The translations under genes and the position numbers were made by a program. The notes below the pieces were generated by a model. That model was not told where the DNA came from and did no database searches. It saw only the letters and a list, made by a program, of their open reading frames with translations. From the human T2T-CHM13v2.0 reference genome, Homo sapiens, in assembly GCF_009914755.1 (NCBI RefSeq), contig NC_060927.1: DNA of 64,000 nt. One strand, 5' to 3'. Below are positions 1 through 16,970 of this stretch, one piece after another (the stretch's first letter is position 1; every line of letters starts with the position of its first letter).

Positions 1-830
1 TTAAAACCTACCCTCTTAACAATTTCAAGTATACAATACATTGTTAACTATAGCCATCATGTTTTACAACAAACTTTGGGTCTAACCGAAATTTTACGCC
101 TTTGACCATCTCTACAACCTCCTCCGAAGTGCCTTGAAACCACCATTCTAGCCTCTGTCTAGTCTCTGGTCTATGAGGCTGACAATTCTACATATAAGGG
201 AGATCATGTGGTATTTGTCTTTCTGTGTCTGACGTTTCCCTTAACATAATATTCTCTAGATTTATCCTTGTTGTTGCAAATGACAGGATTTTATTATTTT
301 TGAAAGCTAAATAATATCCCATTGTGTATATATACCACATTTTCTTTGTCCATTCGTCCACTGATAGATATATTATAATACTTAAGTTGATCCCTTAGCT
401 TGGCTATGGTGAATGATGCCACAGTGAACGTGGGAGTGCAGAAACTAATTTCATTTAGTGGAATTGCTGGATTATATGGTAGCTCTAGTTTTAATTTTTT
501 GAGCAACCTTCATATTGTTTTTCATAATGGCTGTACTAATTAACATTTCCACCAACAGTGTAGAAGGGTTCCCTTTTCTCCACATCCTCACCAACATTTG
601 TTATCATTTTTTTTTTGATAATAGACATTCTAACAGGTATGAGATGATATCTCATTGCAGTTTTAGTTTGCATTTCCCTGATGATTAGTGATGTTGAGCA
701 TTTTGTCATATACCTGTTTGTTGTTTGTATGTATTCTTTTGAGAAATGTGTATTCAAATCTTTTCCCCATTTTTTAATCAGGTTATTTGTTTTTTTATTA
801 TTGAGTTGTTTGAGTTCCTTATATATTCTC
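1..830 (-). mobile_element. Old L1 (L1MA-like) 3' end: ORF2 C-terminus plus 3' UTR
   Basis: Minus-strand ORFs 294-506 and 536-757 give degenerate L1 ORF2 C-terminal peptides (LELPYNPAIPL; [22 protein letters not shown]). L1M-type 3' UTR occupies 1-290. Confidence 0.85.
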
Positions 831-867
831 TTTCAATCTCTCAAAATATATTATTGAACTGTACTCG

Positions 868-945
868 CCTATTTTTGGACTGTGATTGACTACAGGTAAC
901 TAAACCATGGAAAGCAAAACTGCAGCAGATAAGGAGGGACTACTG
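868..945 (-). mobile_element. Tigger7/MER44-like DNA transposon terminal fragment
   Basis: ...ggtaactaaaccatggaaagcaaaactgcagcagataaggagggactactg followed by TA resembles the TcMar-Tigger terminal inverted repeat (cagtagtcccccctt) with a TA target. Confidence 0.6.
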
Positions 946-2008
<1,063 letters not shown>

Positions 2009-2033
2009 TTTCCTCTTTAAAATATTAACTTTT

Positions 2034-2387
<354 letters not shown>

Positions 2388-3022
2388 CTAATTGAGCTTT
2401 TCTAAAATTATAGACTATATCGTGGATATTAGACACTCAAATACTTATGTTAAATCACGGTAGGAGCTGGAAAGACCAATAAGATATGTGTGAACTCAAG
2501 AGTTGCTACTGGCATAAAAATTGATGCACTATTTCTAGCAATATATAGCAAGAACCCTAAAAAGTTTGTAGCTTCAACGTTATAATCCCAATATTGGAAA
2601 TTTAAAGAATAAAAGCTTTATTTATACACCTTTGTAAAACAGCGGCATTTGTAAGAGCAAAGCCCTTGAAACAATCTGATTGTGTAGCAGCTACACAATG
2701 GCTGATTAAACGACAGGTGTCATGAGGAAATTTGTGCAACCACTAACAACACAAATACAAGATTGTAGAAAAGTGAATGCAAAACTATCTTAAGTACAAA
2801 CAAGGGTAAAGTGATTATGACTAGGCAAAGCCAATGCATGCATGTATACAACTGAAAAAGCCATGTAGAGATATAAATAATTCTTTAATATGAAAGCATT
2901 TGTTTATTTTAACAGCTTAGTGAGATATAATTTACATGTCATAAAATTCATCTGTTTAAAGTGTACTATTGAATGGTTTTAAGTACATATATAGACTGCT
3001 TATTTTTAAAAATGACTTAAAC

Positions 3023-3318
3023 TTTTTTTTTTTTTTTGGTGAGACAGGGTCTCACTCTCTCACCCAGACAGGAGTGTGTTGGTGCGATCTTGGCTCATCG
3101 CAACCTCTGCCTCCCAGGCTCAAGTGATTCTCCTGCCTCAGCCTCCTGAGTAGCTGGGATTACAGGTGCACACCACTACCACCCGGCTAATTTGTGTATT
3201 TTTAGTAGAAATGGGGTTTCACCATGTTGGCCAGGATGGTCTCCAACCCCTGACTGCAAATGATCCACCCAAAGTGCTGGAGTGCTAGGATTACAGGCAT
3301 GAGCCACCGCACCCAGCC
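3023..3318 (-). mobile_element. AluS
   Basis: Poly-T followed by reverse-complement Alu; small deletion/duplication near 3270-3290. Confidence 0.9.
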
Positions 3319-3321
3319 AAC

Positions 3322-3629
3322 TTTTCTTTTTTCTTTCTTTTTTTTTTTTGAGACAGAGTCTCTTTCTGTTGCTGATGCTGGAGTGCAGTGGTGGGATCTT
3401 GGCTCATTGCAACCTCTGCCTCCCAGGTTCAAGCAATTCTCCTGCCTCAGCCTCCTGAGTAGCTGGGATTACAGGCACGCATCACTACGCCTGGCTAATT
3501 TTTTATTTTTTTAGTAGAGACGGGGTTTCACCATGTTGTTCAGGCTGGTCTCAAATTCCTGACCTTGTGATCCGCTGCCTCGGCCTCCCAAAGTGCTGGG
3601 ATTACAGGCATGAGCCACCGTACCCGGCC
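3322..3629 (-). mobile_element. AluS (Sg-like), tandem to the previous Alu
   Basis: T-rich tail and full reverse-complement dimer ending cccggcc. Confidence 0.9.
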
Positions 3630-4019
3630 CCCAACTTTTAAGATGAGGCAAGAGATCAGTAGATCTAATTGCCTGGTACAAATAGGACTCATATTTGAAT
3701 TTGTTTAAGCTCTACTGAAAAATTATTGCTACTGTGTCCATGTAGTGAACATAATTCCAAATACTATGTTTGGATCTAACATCCAAATAGATATCAAGCC
3801 AGTCCAACAAGATTTTTTTTTAAATCTGAGTCCATTACTGGCAGTAAATTTCCTCTTTATTTCCCAGCTCACATAAGGTTTGTATTCTGTCCCAACTGGT
3901 CCCAGCAAGTTTAAATGCACTATGTCTAATGTCACTTCTAGAGCCTACAGTCTCTCATACATTCTGCTTTGTTAGGAAGAAAGAAGCAACATGATATAGT
4001 TGGTTTTATCTTAAGAAAA

Positions 4020-4225
4020 AATGTGGAATGATGATAAACACACAGGCTTTGGATTTACACTTGGATTTGAACTCAAGCTCTGCTATTTGTTATGTACTCT
4101 GAGGCTTACTTGCCCCAGTTACCTCGTCTATAAAATAGGGCTAATGTCACTTTTTTGCAGGGTGGTAATTGACCTGGTAAATATTAAGCACTTAGCACAA
4201 TAGCTGGAATGTTGGTGAGGCTCAT
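4020..4225 (+). mobile_element. MIR
   Basis: ggctttgga...tggatttgaactcaagctctgcta...cagttacctcgtctataaaataggg...aagcacttagcaca resembles the MIR core and tail. Confidence 0.65.
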
Positions 4226-4993
4226 TCCCTGGAGTAACTACTATGATGATAAATCCCTGATTAATTAGCACAGAGCCACATACACTGGAGCTTTGTTTCC
4301 CAGACCGCACCAACCATGAGAAAACCAAATAGAGGCATGAGTTACAATTAAAGAATTATTTCTGCACCCCTCCCTTTTCCTGGGACTCTCACTGTGGCGA
4401 ACACCATTGCAGAACAGAGGGAATGCCCCACACACCTCCTCCTTGGTTGTCTGTGCGTGTCCACAGAGCTGTCCTGCATCAACAGTGCCACCGCCACTCA
4501 TCTTCCTCTAGCACTGATGACCTGTCTCACCAAAGTGCCATCCTCATCCCAAGTATATGGTTCTGCTTTTTCCCATTCATAACTTTTGGAAAACTTCAAA
4601 AGATGGTCTTGTTCCTTGGGGGAATAACCCAGCCACACCAGCTGTGATTACAGAATCAAGTTAAACTTCCCTACTGTCTTGGCAGGAACCTCACCAACCT
4701 ACTTGCTGGACATTTCCACACCTGCACACATACACATCTGCTTAAACTATACCCCAAACATTTTTGAGATTTTCCCAAAGTATTTTGGTTATAAACCCCT
4801 CAGGTTCTTTCGACAGAATTCCTGTAACTATATGTGCATAAGTATGTGTGTGAGTGTGTGTGTTTTCTTCTTAGATGTGAACTCAAACATTATTTTTTTC
4901 CTGCTCTAAAGAGGTTTGGCAAGGTTTTGACCATTGAGAGGCTGAGTTTCACTTTTGCCAAAAAAAAGAAAAAAGTTGAGGGCTTTGTTTTCA

Positions 4994-5340
<347 letters not shown>

Positions 5341-6049
5341 AAACTAGAATGGCATCTAGGAGGTGGGTTGTTTGAAAAGGTCAGGGTTCCAAGGGTTGAG
5401 AGGGAAAGGAGTGGCCTGGACTTGAGGAAGGGGAGTGGTGGAAATCTTTTTGCACAACCTCAATGTGGTGCAGCTATGCGGGCATCCCCTATGTGAGAAC
5501 AGGCAGTGGTTCCTGATCGTAAAGCTTAGTGTAGAATGCATTGTTCAGTTTGGAAAAATGAACATTTTCACGTGACAAACATAGGGTCAAGATCAGCAGT
5601 TCGTCCTTAAATTACCAAAGGCCCTAGGATTCCTGTAGAATTGTCAGTTAAAATTAAGATTTTCTACCACATAAAAATTAGATTTTCTTTCACCTTTGAT
5701 GGGTGTTGTTGGGGAAGGGAGGTCAGATTGATTTTATTTGGAAAATAAAATAATGTTACATTTTCTTTACTTTGAGTGCCTGGAATAAATCACGTTGGTT
5801 ACTCTCCCATTTCAGCTTCATTCAACTCATAGCAAGGATTCCTACGCTTGCTGAGAAGTACCCTTGGCTTCCCTATTATTTTGAGAAGTTGCATTCTCAA
5901 GGGATTATCTGGAAAGCAAAGACAGATTTATATAAAATTAATTATTTTTCTTTGGAGTTTATGTGATTAGATTCAACCATCTAGATTATTAAAATAGTTA
6001 TTGTCTGAAAAGACAATGTGTGAACTCTGAAGCAAACTAAAACTATATA

Positions 6050-6240
6050 CATACGGTGCAGAAAACAGAAGTTTTGGAGACAAAAAACAACCTTTGCCAC
6101 CTTGGACAAGTTGTTTACTCTCTCTAAGGCTTGGTATTTTCAACTGTAAAATAAAAAAATTAAGTATATTTTTCATGAGGTGATAGTGAAGAAGAAAACA
6201 AATACATACTTAAAGGGACATAGGCTTCAAGAAATACTCA
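6050..6240 (+). mobile_element. MIR (degenerate)
   Basis: ccttggacaagttgtttactctctctaaggcttggtattttcaactgtaaaat is the MIR core. Confidence 0.55.
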
Positions 6241-7741
6241 TTTTATTCTCTGTTATAGCCACAGTGGTTTCTTTTGATCTCCCTTTTTAACAAACCTTAT
6301 TGATATATATACAGAAAAGACTATCATAAGCATAGAATTTGATGAATTATCACAGAAAGAACATATCCTAATAATCACCGTAATATCAAGAACTAGGACA
6401 TCCCAATGTCAGGGAAGAACCTCCTGTGTCCGTTCTGATCATTACCTCCTCTACCTCATCCCCTAATGTAAACAATCTCCTGACTTCTATCATTTAGTTA
6501 TGCCTGATTTTAAAATTTAATACATAATGAATCATATAGTCTATATCATTCTGTATCTGGCTTTTTTCACTTACCATTATGTTGGTAAAATTTGCTCTGA
6601 TTTTGCACTAAACAGGAATTTGTTCATGTTCATTTTTCAAGAGATTTTCCATTGTTTGAATGTGCCATATTATATTTATCCTTTCTTACGTTGGTGAGCG
6701 TTCATGTTGTTTCCAGACTTGAGCTATTATACATAGTACTGTGTGACAATTTGTATGTATGTGTATGCATTTCTGCTGGGAATATGAATAGGAGCCAAAT
6801 TGCTGGATCACGTGTTATGTGCAGGTACAGCTTTAGTATACCCTGCCATAGTTTTCCAAATTGCTGTGCCAGTTTTCTCTCTCAAACAAGTATATGAGTT
6901 CCTTTTGTTCCACAGCTCTGCACTTGGTATTTATAATTTTAAGTTTTAGCCATTCTGCTAGAGACAGATAGATTACTGTTTCACTGGGGTTTGATTTACA
7001 TTTAGCTATCTTCTTTTGTGAAGTGTCTGCTCAAATGTCTTTTGAGCATTTTTTTTACTTTGTTATCTGTGGCTTTTTTTTTTAAGGATTTCTTTATATA
7101 TAACCCTTCTTACTCTGTGGTTTGCCTAGTAACTTATACGAAAAATGTCTTCTGATTGAAAAGAAAGTTTCCAAGTCTAACATGGCCCAATTTGTCTATC
7201 TTGTTTTTGTTTATTGGTGCTTTCACCATGCTTAAGAAATCATTCTTACCCCAAGATCGTGATAATATTCTCATGTGCTTTCTTTTAAAAGCTTTGCATT
7301 TTAACCCTTATATTTGGTATAAATCCACCTGGAACTGATTTTTTAACATGGTGTTAAAAAGGGGCCAGGATTCACTTTCTTTCTCCATATGGAGATCCAA
7401 TAGACGTAGCACCTTCTATTTGTAAAGAATATTGTTTCCTCACTTCTTTGCAGAGCCACCTTTCTCACTAATTCAGTTCTGTATGTATGAGTCTGTTCAG
7501 ATTCTCTATTTCATTCCAGTAGTCAATTGCTTATTCTTAACTATTGTAACATTAGGGTAAGTATTCATATTTAGTACTATAACTTCTACAACTCTTTTAT
7601 TTTTCTTCAAGATTACCTTGGCTCTTCTTGTCTCTTCCATTGCTATACACATTTTAGTATTAGCTTGTCAATTTTTTCACAAAAACTGCTTGGGCTTTCA
7701 TTGAAATTGCATTAGATCTATAGATGTATAGAGCTATTTAG

Positions 7742-8170
<429 letters not shown>

Positions 8171-8646
8171 TCAATAATGCTTTATGGTTTGTGTAGAGAA
8201 CCTACACATTTCATTACATTATATCTAGATTTTGCTGTTTTGATGCTATTGAAAATGTTAATTTCTCAAGACTTTAGTATTAAGAAATATAGATTTATGT
8301 ATATTGGCATGTATTCAGTAATCTTACAGATTCACTTATTAATTTTAATAGTTCACCTATAGATCCTTTTGGGTTTTTTGTACACACTAACAATTATTTA
8401 TTTCTTCCATTCCAATGCTTACAACTTTTTTTCTTGATTTATTGCACAAGCTGGTTCCTCCAGAATAATGTTTAACAGAAATGATGGTAGCAGGCATTCT
8501 TATTTTATTCGTGAAATTGGGGGAGATATTTCAATATTTCACCATTAAGCATGATGTTTGTGGTAAGTTTTTTTAAGGCATCTTTATCGGATAGTCCTTT
8601 TTTATCCCTAATTTTGTAAGAATTTTTATAATGGATAAACATTGAC

Positions 8647-9934
8647 TTTTTAAACTTTTATTTTAAGTTCTTGGGTACATGTGCAGGATGTGCAGGTTTG
8701 TTACATAGGTAAACCTGTTCCATGGGGATTTGTAGTACTGATTACTTCATCACCCTGGTATTAAACCTAGTATCCATTAGTTATTTTTCCTGATTGTCTC
8801 CCTCCTCCCAGCCTCTATCCTCTAATAGGCCCAAGTATGTGTTGTTCGCCTCTTTGTGTTTGTGAGTTCTCATCATTTAGGTCCCACTTTTAAGTAAGAA
8901 CATATGGTATTCGGTTTTCTGTTCCTGTGTTAGTTTGCTATGGATAATGGCCTTCAGCTCCATCCATGTCCCTGCAAAGGACATGATCTCATTCCTTTTT
9001 ATGTCTGCATAGTATTCCATGGTGTGTATGTACCACATTTTCTTTATCCAGTCTATCGTTGATGGACATTTAAGTTGCTTCCATGTCTTTGATATTGTAA
9101 ATAGTGCTGCAATGAACATACACATACTTGTGTCTTTATAATAGAATGATTTATATTCCTCGGTTATATACCCAGTAATGGGATTGCTGGGTCAAATTGT
9201 ATCTCTAACTTTAGGTCTTTGAGGAGTTGCCATACTGTCTTCCACAATGGTTGAACTAATTTACACTCCCACCAACAGTGTATAAGCGTAACTTTTTCTC
9301 CACAACCTTACCAGCATCTGTTTTTGTTTTTTATTAATAGCCATTCTGACTGGTGTGAGATGGTATCTAATTGTGGTTTTGATTTGCATTCTCTAATGAT
9401 CAGTGTTAAGCTTTTTTTCGTGTGCTTGTTGGCCACATGTATGTCTTCTGTTGAGAAGTGTCTGTTCATGTCCTTTACCTACTTTTTAATAGGGATGTTT
9501 GTTTTTTTCTTGTAAATTTTGTTTAAGTTCCTTATTAGGCCTTTATCAGATCCATAGATTGCAAAATTTTCTCCCATTATATAGGTCATCTGTTTGCTCT
9601 GTTGATTGTTTCTTTTGTTGAGTAAAGCTCTTTAGTTTAATTAGATCCTCTTTGTCAGTTTTTGCTTTTGTTGCAATTCCTTTGGATATCTTCAGCATGA
9701 AATCTTTGCCCGTGCCTATGTTCAGAATGGTATTGCCTAAGTTGTCTCTCAGGGTTTTTACAGTTTTGGTTTTTACATTTAAGTCTTTAATTCATCTTGA
9801 GTTAGTTTTTGTATATGGTGTAAGGAAGGGGTCAAGTTTCAATTTTATGCATATGGCTAGCCAGTTATCCCAGGATCATTTATTGAATAGAAAATCCTTT
9901 CCCCATTGCTTGTATTTGTCAAGTTTGTCAAAGA
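8647..9934 (-). mobile_element. 5'-truncated L1PA (L1PA13-like)
   Basis: Primate L1 3' UTR (gggtacatgtgcagg...ttacataggtaaac...); ORF 8877-9125 is the ORF2 C-terminus (CMFIAALFTISKTWKQLKCPSTIDWIKKMWYIHTMEYY); flanking aaacattga at 8637-8645 and 9940-9948. Confidence 0.88.
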
Positions 9935-11044
9935 AGAAAAAACATTGAAATTTTATCTCATGTTTTTTTGTTTCTATTAAATGATTATATTATTTATCTT
10001 CTCTTCTCTTTTAATGTAGTGAAATCCATTGGGAGATTTTTCTTTAATGCCAAACTAACCTTGAGCTCCTGGAATACATCTATACCTGTTCATGACGTAT
10101 TGTCATATATATATATGTGACAAAACATATATATATATAAAACATTTTATTTAGGATTATTCCATCAATGACTAGCCTATAACGTCATTTTCTTGTTAAA
10201 TCTTTCTCCAATTTAATATTAAAGTTGTGTTTGTCTCATAAAATGAGTTGGGAAGAGTCACCTCTTTCTCTACTCTCTTTAATGGTCCTGTTTCTTCCTA
10301 AAGTTATTTGGAAGAATTTCCCATTGAAGTGTGTGGTCCTAGAATTTTATTTTTATAATTTTAATTACAGATTCTACATTGACATAGGATTGTTTATACT
10401 TTTTGTTTGGTGTTGTATACATTTTGGTCAATTTTGATTTTTTTTGAAAATCTTTCTATTTCATTCAAGTTTCCAAATTTATTAGCATAATGTTATTTAA
10501 AACATCCTCTTATGATGTTTCTAATATTCATTGAATTAGTAGGTTTTTTTTCATTGTTGATATAATTTATGACTTATTACTCTTTTCTAGATTAATTTTT
10601 CCAGGAATTTATCAATGTTTTTACTCCTTCCAAAGAACCAAACTTTGAGTATATTCATCTTCTCTATAATAAAATTGATTTGTATTTCATTAATTTCTAC
10701 TTTTATCTTGGTTATTTTCTTCTTTCTAGTTTCAATGGGTTTAATTTACAGTTCTTTTTTTAACCTCTTGAGCTGGACATTTAGATAATCTATAGATATT
10801 CTTAAAAAGAAACCCAAAACTTACAATGGACATTTTAAATATTTTCACTTAAAGCTATAAATTGTTCTTTTAAGCATGCGTTTTCATCCAATTAAGTTTC
10901 AATAGTCTGTATTTTCACCCTAATTCAGTTTAAATATTTCTATATTTTATTGTGATTATTTTGATACATGCACTATTTAGAATTATATTGCTTAATTTTC
11001 AAGCATTTGGAAATTTTCTACTTTGTTTCTTTTAATTCTCTTTT

Positions 11045-12168
11045 CTAATTCAGCTTTATTGAGACATAATTTAACATAAGTGTACTGATTTTAAGTATAT
11101 AAGACAAATGTATGTGCCTATTTAGCCACCAACAAATCCAAGATACTGTACTTTGCCATCTACCCTAAAATGTTCCCTCATGACCTTTTGCAGTCAATTC
11201 CCATACCTCTGACCCCAGGCAAACACAATTGTTGTTTCTGTCACTACAGATTAAGATTTGCTTACTTTAGAATTTCATATAAATGGAATAATACAGAATG
11301 TTATCTTTTGTTATCTGAATTATTTTGTCAATATATGTTTTTGAGATTCATCTATTTTTGTTGTGGGTATCAGCAGTTTGTTAGCATTTATGGCTGAGAA
11401 ATATTCCATTGTATGTATATGCCACAATTTATTAATTCATTCACCTGTTGATAAGTATTTGGATTTGTCTGGTTGGGGCTTTTTGAATAAAGCTCACATG
11501 AGCATTTGTGAATATATATTAGTATATTTCTTTCTGTGCACATACACTTCCATTTCTCTTGGTTAACGTGAAATCCCTGGGTGAGATGGTGTTTACTAAT
11601 TACTTAGTAATTATGAAACTCTTTTCCAAATTGATTGTACCATTTTTTATTCCCACTACATGAGAGTTCCAGCTGCTTTACATCCTAATACTTGGTATTG
11701 TCAACCCTTTTAATTTTAATCATTCTAATTGTTTTGCAGTGGTATATAATTGTTTTTAATTTATATTTCTTGTGATGACTAATGATGATGAGCATTTTGC
11801 ATGTACTCGGTCATTTCTATATATTCTTTTGTGAAATGTCTATTCAAATCATGTGCACGTATTTTAAACTCAGGTTGTTTGTCCTCTTATTCAGTTGCAA
11901 ATATTTTTTTATATTATCTTCTCCTATTTTCTTAATGATGTCTTTTGAAGACTAGATTTTTTTTATTTTAATGAAGTCCAGTTTATAATTTTTCTTTTTT
12001 ATACCTAGTGTATTTTGTGTATCATATAAGGGACCTTAGCCTACCAAAGGTAACAAAGGTCCTGTATTTTCTATAAAAATTTTCTAAATTTTCCTTTTAC
12101 ATTTAGGTGTATAGTCCATTTTGAGTTAATCTTTGTCTATGAAGTGAGGTATGGGTTGAGGCTTTTTT
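11045..12168 (-). mobile_element. Second old L1 3' end (L1ME1/L1MB-like), nested in the ancient L1
   Basis: A new 3' terminus cagctttattgagacataattt...ccccaggcaaacac...atttcatataaatggaat starts inside the older element. Confidence 0.7.
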
Positions 12169-12685
12169 AAACCCTAATTATCTTTTGGTTACTGTTTTTT
12201 TTTTTGAATTGTGATCAGAGAATATCTTCTGCATAATTTAAATTTGTTAGAATTTGTTAAAACTTCATTTGTGGCCTATCATATTATCAATTTTGATAAA
12301 TGTTCTATGTACATGTGAAAAGAATGTATGTTCCATAGCTACGGGTTACAATGCTGTTCAAATGTTCTGAATGTCTACTTTTTTTATTGCTTCATCGGTT
12401 ATTGAGAGATTTGTGTTAAGATTTTCTACCATGATTGTGGATGTGCTTCATTGGTTTTTTTAGTTTAGTATGGTTTTGCTTTAAATATTTTGAAGGCTAT
12501 TTGGTTAATATTCTGTCATTTAGAACATTGTATCTTCTGGTGGATTAATTTTTTATCATTTGTAGTGTCCTTTATCTCTAAGTAAATGTTTTTACCTACA
12601 TTATCTGATATTAGTGTATCAGCGCTGTTTTATTTAGTGTCTGTATGGCTGTATGTTTCCATCCTTTTACTTTTAATCTTTGTGC

Positions 12686-12973
12686 TTTTTTTTTTTTTGA
12701 GACGGGATCTCACTCTGTCACCCAGATTAGAAGGCAGTGGTGCTATCACTGCTAACTGCAGCCTTGACCTCTTGGGCTGAGTTAATTCTCCTACCTCAGC
12801 CTCCAAAGTAGATCGGACTACAGGCATGCACCACCATGCCTGGCTGATTTTTTGTATTTTCTGTAGAAACAAGATTTTGCCACATTGTCCAGGCTGTTCT
12901 TGAACTCCTGGGCTCAAGCAATCTGCTGGCCTTGGTGTCCCAAAACACTAGGATTACAGGCCCGAGCCTGGCC
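12686..12973 (-). mobile_element. AluJ
   Basis: gcagccttgacctcttgggct and ctcctgggctcaagcaat diagnostics; TSD tttgtgc. Confidence 0.9.
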
Positions 12974-15092
12974 TTTTGTGCATTCTTATATTTAAAATGT
13001 GTCTCTTATAAGTAGCATATAGTACTGTTATTATCAGGTCTGAAAATGATTGTTTTTTAATTAGAATATTTACTCTGATAAAATTTGATATAGTTTCTGA
13101 TATTTAGGGGTTTAAATTTAGTGTTGATTCTCTATGTGTTTTTCTCTTGCTCTTTCTCTTCCTTTGTTCCTTCTTCCTCTCTTATAGCCTTTTGAATTAA
13201 TTAGACACTTTATTATTTTATTTTTCAACTCTTTCAGCTTATTACACATTTTTTTTACTGTTCTCTTAGTTGTTACTCTAGAGATTACTATGTGCATTCT
13301 AACCTGTTAAAATCTGATATAAAGTAGTACTTTTATATTACTTCCAAAAAAATGCAACATTCATGAAGCACATTAAGACCATTTATCCTTCTATCTTTTG
13401 TGACTTTTGTGCTATTGTTGTTGTGGATTTTGCTCCTGCATATATTTTAAACCCACATATTATTATTGTTTATATATTTCATATTTTTAGATTTACTCAT
13501 GTACTTATCCTTTCTGTTGTCCTTTATTTCATCCTATTGCTTTGTAATTTTTATATGGAACCATGTACCTTCTGACTAAAGAACTCCCATTAGTATTTTT
13601 TTGTGTGAATCTATTAATAAATAATTATGTTTTTTTAATCTCAAAAATCTTCATTTCACCTTTACTTTAGAAAAATATTTCTAACAGGTGTAGAATCCTA
13701 GTACAGTTATTTTCTTTTAGCTTTGACCTTATATTAATAGATGTTTATGGCGTACTTTCTTTTATGTTTTATGGCTTACTTACTTATTATGATGCTTATG
13801 GCTTACTTTCTTTTGTTAAGAATTCAAGTGTCAGTCTTCTTGCTGCTTTTGAAGATTATACTCATTTTTCCTCCAGTTTGTATTAACATTTCCTCTTTAC
13901 CTTTGATTTTTAGCAGTTTTGGTATGATACACTTATATGTTGTTTTCTCTGTATTGAATTTGCATGGGATTTATGACTTCCTGAATTTATGCCTTGAGGT
14001 TTTGTAAAATTCTGCCATTTTGTTCTTCAAATTTTGTCTCTGTTTCATACATCACTTGTTCATTACTTTCTTCTCCTCATCATCCCCCTTCTCCTCCTCC
14101 CCTTTCTTCTGATTTTAGGATTTCAATTGCATATATATTAAATATTTTCACTATTTCCCATATTTTATCGCTTTTAAATTATTTTTTATATTTTTCTTTC
14201 TATTTTCTCTGTGTGCTTTGTACTGAATATTTTCTTCCATCTATATTCCAATTTACTAATGCTTTCATTGACTGCTTCTAATTTGCTTTTATTAACTTTT
14301 TAATTTTAGTTATTATAGATTTTTTCAGTTCCAGAATTATCATTTGAAGAATTTTTAGATTTTTTTAGTTGTATGCTGAGATTCTCCATCTTGTCATCTG
14401 ATTTCTGGAACATATTAACATCAGTTATTTTAAAGTCCATGTACAACGATTTCAATATTTGAATCTTCAGTGGGTATATTTTTATAACCTATTTGTACTG
14501 TTGATTTTGAGTTCTGTGGTCTCATCTCCTGATATGCCTAGTAATTTTTTATTGACAACTTGACAGCCTATATGATAAATTTTACAGATATTTTAACATT
14601 CTAGATAATATTATCTTCCAGAGATAATTCACTTTTGTTTAAAAGTTAGGTAAAAGGAACATTAATTTTAACTTGACTAGCAATTTAGTTGTTTCTAGAG
14701 TTACAACTAAAAACTACTACACATTATAAGAAAAGAAAAAAAAACTCTGCTGTCTTTCAAAGATCTTATTAAAGTAATAAAAAGTATTAACCCCATATGC
14801 CACTAACATCTAAACATAGCTAAAAACTAGTTGACATTATCCTCACAGTACAACTAATGAGTCACCAAGAGGTCAGGTTCTCACCTACAGCAATAAATTG
14901 ACCCATATCTACATATTGACTCCTCACATAAGTTCAGTAGATGTTTTCAATGTCTAATTGCATATAATTTATTCAGATTAATCACTAACTGTATCATTCA
15001 TCTTACAGAAATTCCCATTATGACTAAAGTACTAATCATGAGTAGGGCCATAAAAAAGGTGATTAATCTCCTCTTTAAAATACAGCGGAGTT

Positions 15093-15389
<297 letters not shown>

Positions 15390-15513
15390 TACATATATAT
15401 ATATATATACACACACACACATATATATATACACACACATATATATACGTATATATATGTGTGGGTGTGTATATATATGTGTATATATATATGTGTGTGT
15501 GTGTATATATATA

Positions 15514-15565
<52 letters not shown>
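15390..15565. repeat. Compound (TA)n/(CA)n/(TG)n microsatellite in the Alu tail
   Basis: Alternating purine-pyrimidine tract, CA-rich left half and TG-rich right half. Confidence 0.95.
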
Positions 15566-15566
<1 letters not shown>

Positions 15567-15971
15567 CAGAGTTGGTGTAGCTGACAAGACAGCCGAATAG
15601 GAACAGCTCCAGTCTGCAGCTCCCAGCAAGATCAACGCAAAAGGTGGGAGATTTCTGCATTTCCAACTGAGGTATGCGGCTCATCTCACTGGGACTGGTT
15701 AGACTGTGGGTGCACCCCGCAGAGGGTGAGCCAAAGCAGGGTGGGGCGTTGCCTCACCCAGGAAGTGCAAGGGGTCAGCGAACTCCCTTCCCTAGCCAAC
15801 GGAAGCTGTGAGGGACCATGCCATGAGGAATGGTGCATTCCAGCCTGAATACTATGCTTTTCCCACAGTCTTCTCAACCTGCAGACCAGGAGATTCCCTT
15901 GGGTGCCTACACCACCAGGGCCTTGGGTTTCAAGCACAAAACTGGGCGGCCATTTGGGCAGTTATCAAGAG

Positions 15972-16008
15972 TTTGTTTTTTTTTTTTTTTTCGTTTTGTT
16001 TTGTTTTG

Positions 16009-16052
<44 letters not shown>
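15972..16052. repeat. T-tract/(GTTTT)n/(TG)~20 microsatellite in the L1 5' UTR
   Basis: Read directly from the sequence. Confidence 0.95.
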
Positions 16053-16055
<3 letters not shown>

Positions 16056-16970
16056 CTAGTGGCATCTGGAATGCCAGCAAGATAGAACCTTTCACTCACC
16101 TGAAAGGTGAGCTGAAGCCAGGGAGCCAAGTGGTCTAGGTCAGCAGATCCCACCCCCATGGAGCCCAGCAAGCTGAGATCCACCGGCTTGAAATACTTGC
16201 TCTCAGCACAGCAGTCTAAAGTCGACCTGGGATGCTCAAGCTTGGTGAGGGGAGGGGCGTCCACCATTACTGAGGCTTAAGTAGGCAGTTTTCCCCTCAC
16301 AGTGTAAACAAAGCCACCGGGAAGTTCGAACTGGGTGGAACACACCACAGCTTGGCAAAGCCACTGTAGCCAGACTGTCTCTCTAGATTCCTCTTATCTG
16401 GACAGGGCACCTCTGAAAGAAAGGCAGCAGCCCCAGTCAGGGGCTTATAGATAAAACTCCCATCTCCCTGGCACAGAGCACCTGGGGGAAGGGGCGGCTG
16501 TGGGCACAGCTTCAGCAGGCTTAAACTTTCTTGCCAGCCAGCTCTGAAGAGAGCAACAGATCTCCCAGCACAACGTTCGAGCTCTGAAAAGGGACAGACT
16601 GCCTCCTCAAGTCAGCCCCTGACCTCCTTGCCTCCTGACTGGGAGATACCTCCCAGCAGGGGTCGACAGACACCTCATACAGGAGAGCTCTGGCTGGCAT
16701 CTGGTGGGTGCCCCTCTTGGACGAAGCTTCCAGAGGAAGGAACAGGCAGCAATCTTTGCCGTTCTGCAGCCTCTGCTGGTGATACCCAGGAAAACAGGGT
16801 CTGTAGTGGACCTCCAGCAAACTCCAGCAGACCTGCAGCAGAGGGGCCTGTAGAAAGAAAACTAGCAAACAGAAAGGAATAGCATCAACATCAACAAAAA
16901 GAACGTCCACACAAAAACCCCATCCGAAGGTCACCAACATCAAAGACCAAAGGTAGATAAATCCACAAAG

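Noticed and set aside
10100-10123. Small hairpin ttgtca-(TA)n-tgacaa
   Set aside because: The 6-bp unique stem around a TA run is too short to distinguish from chance.
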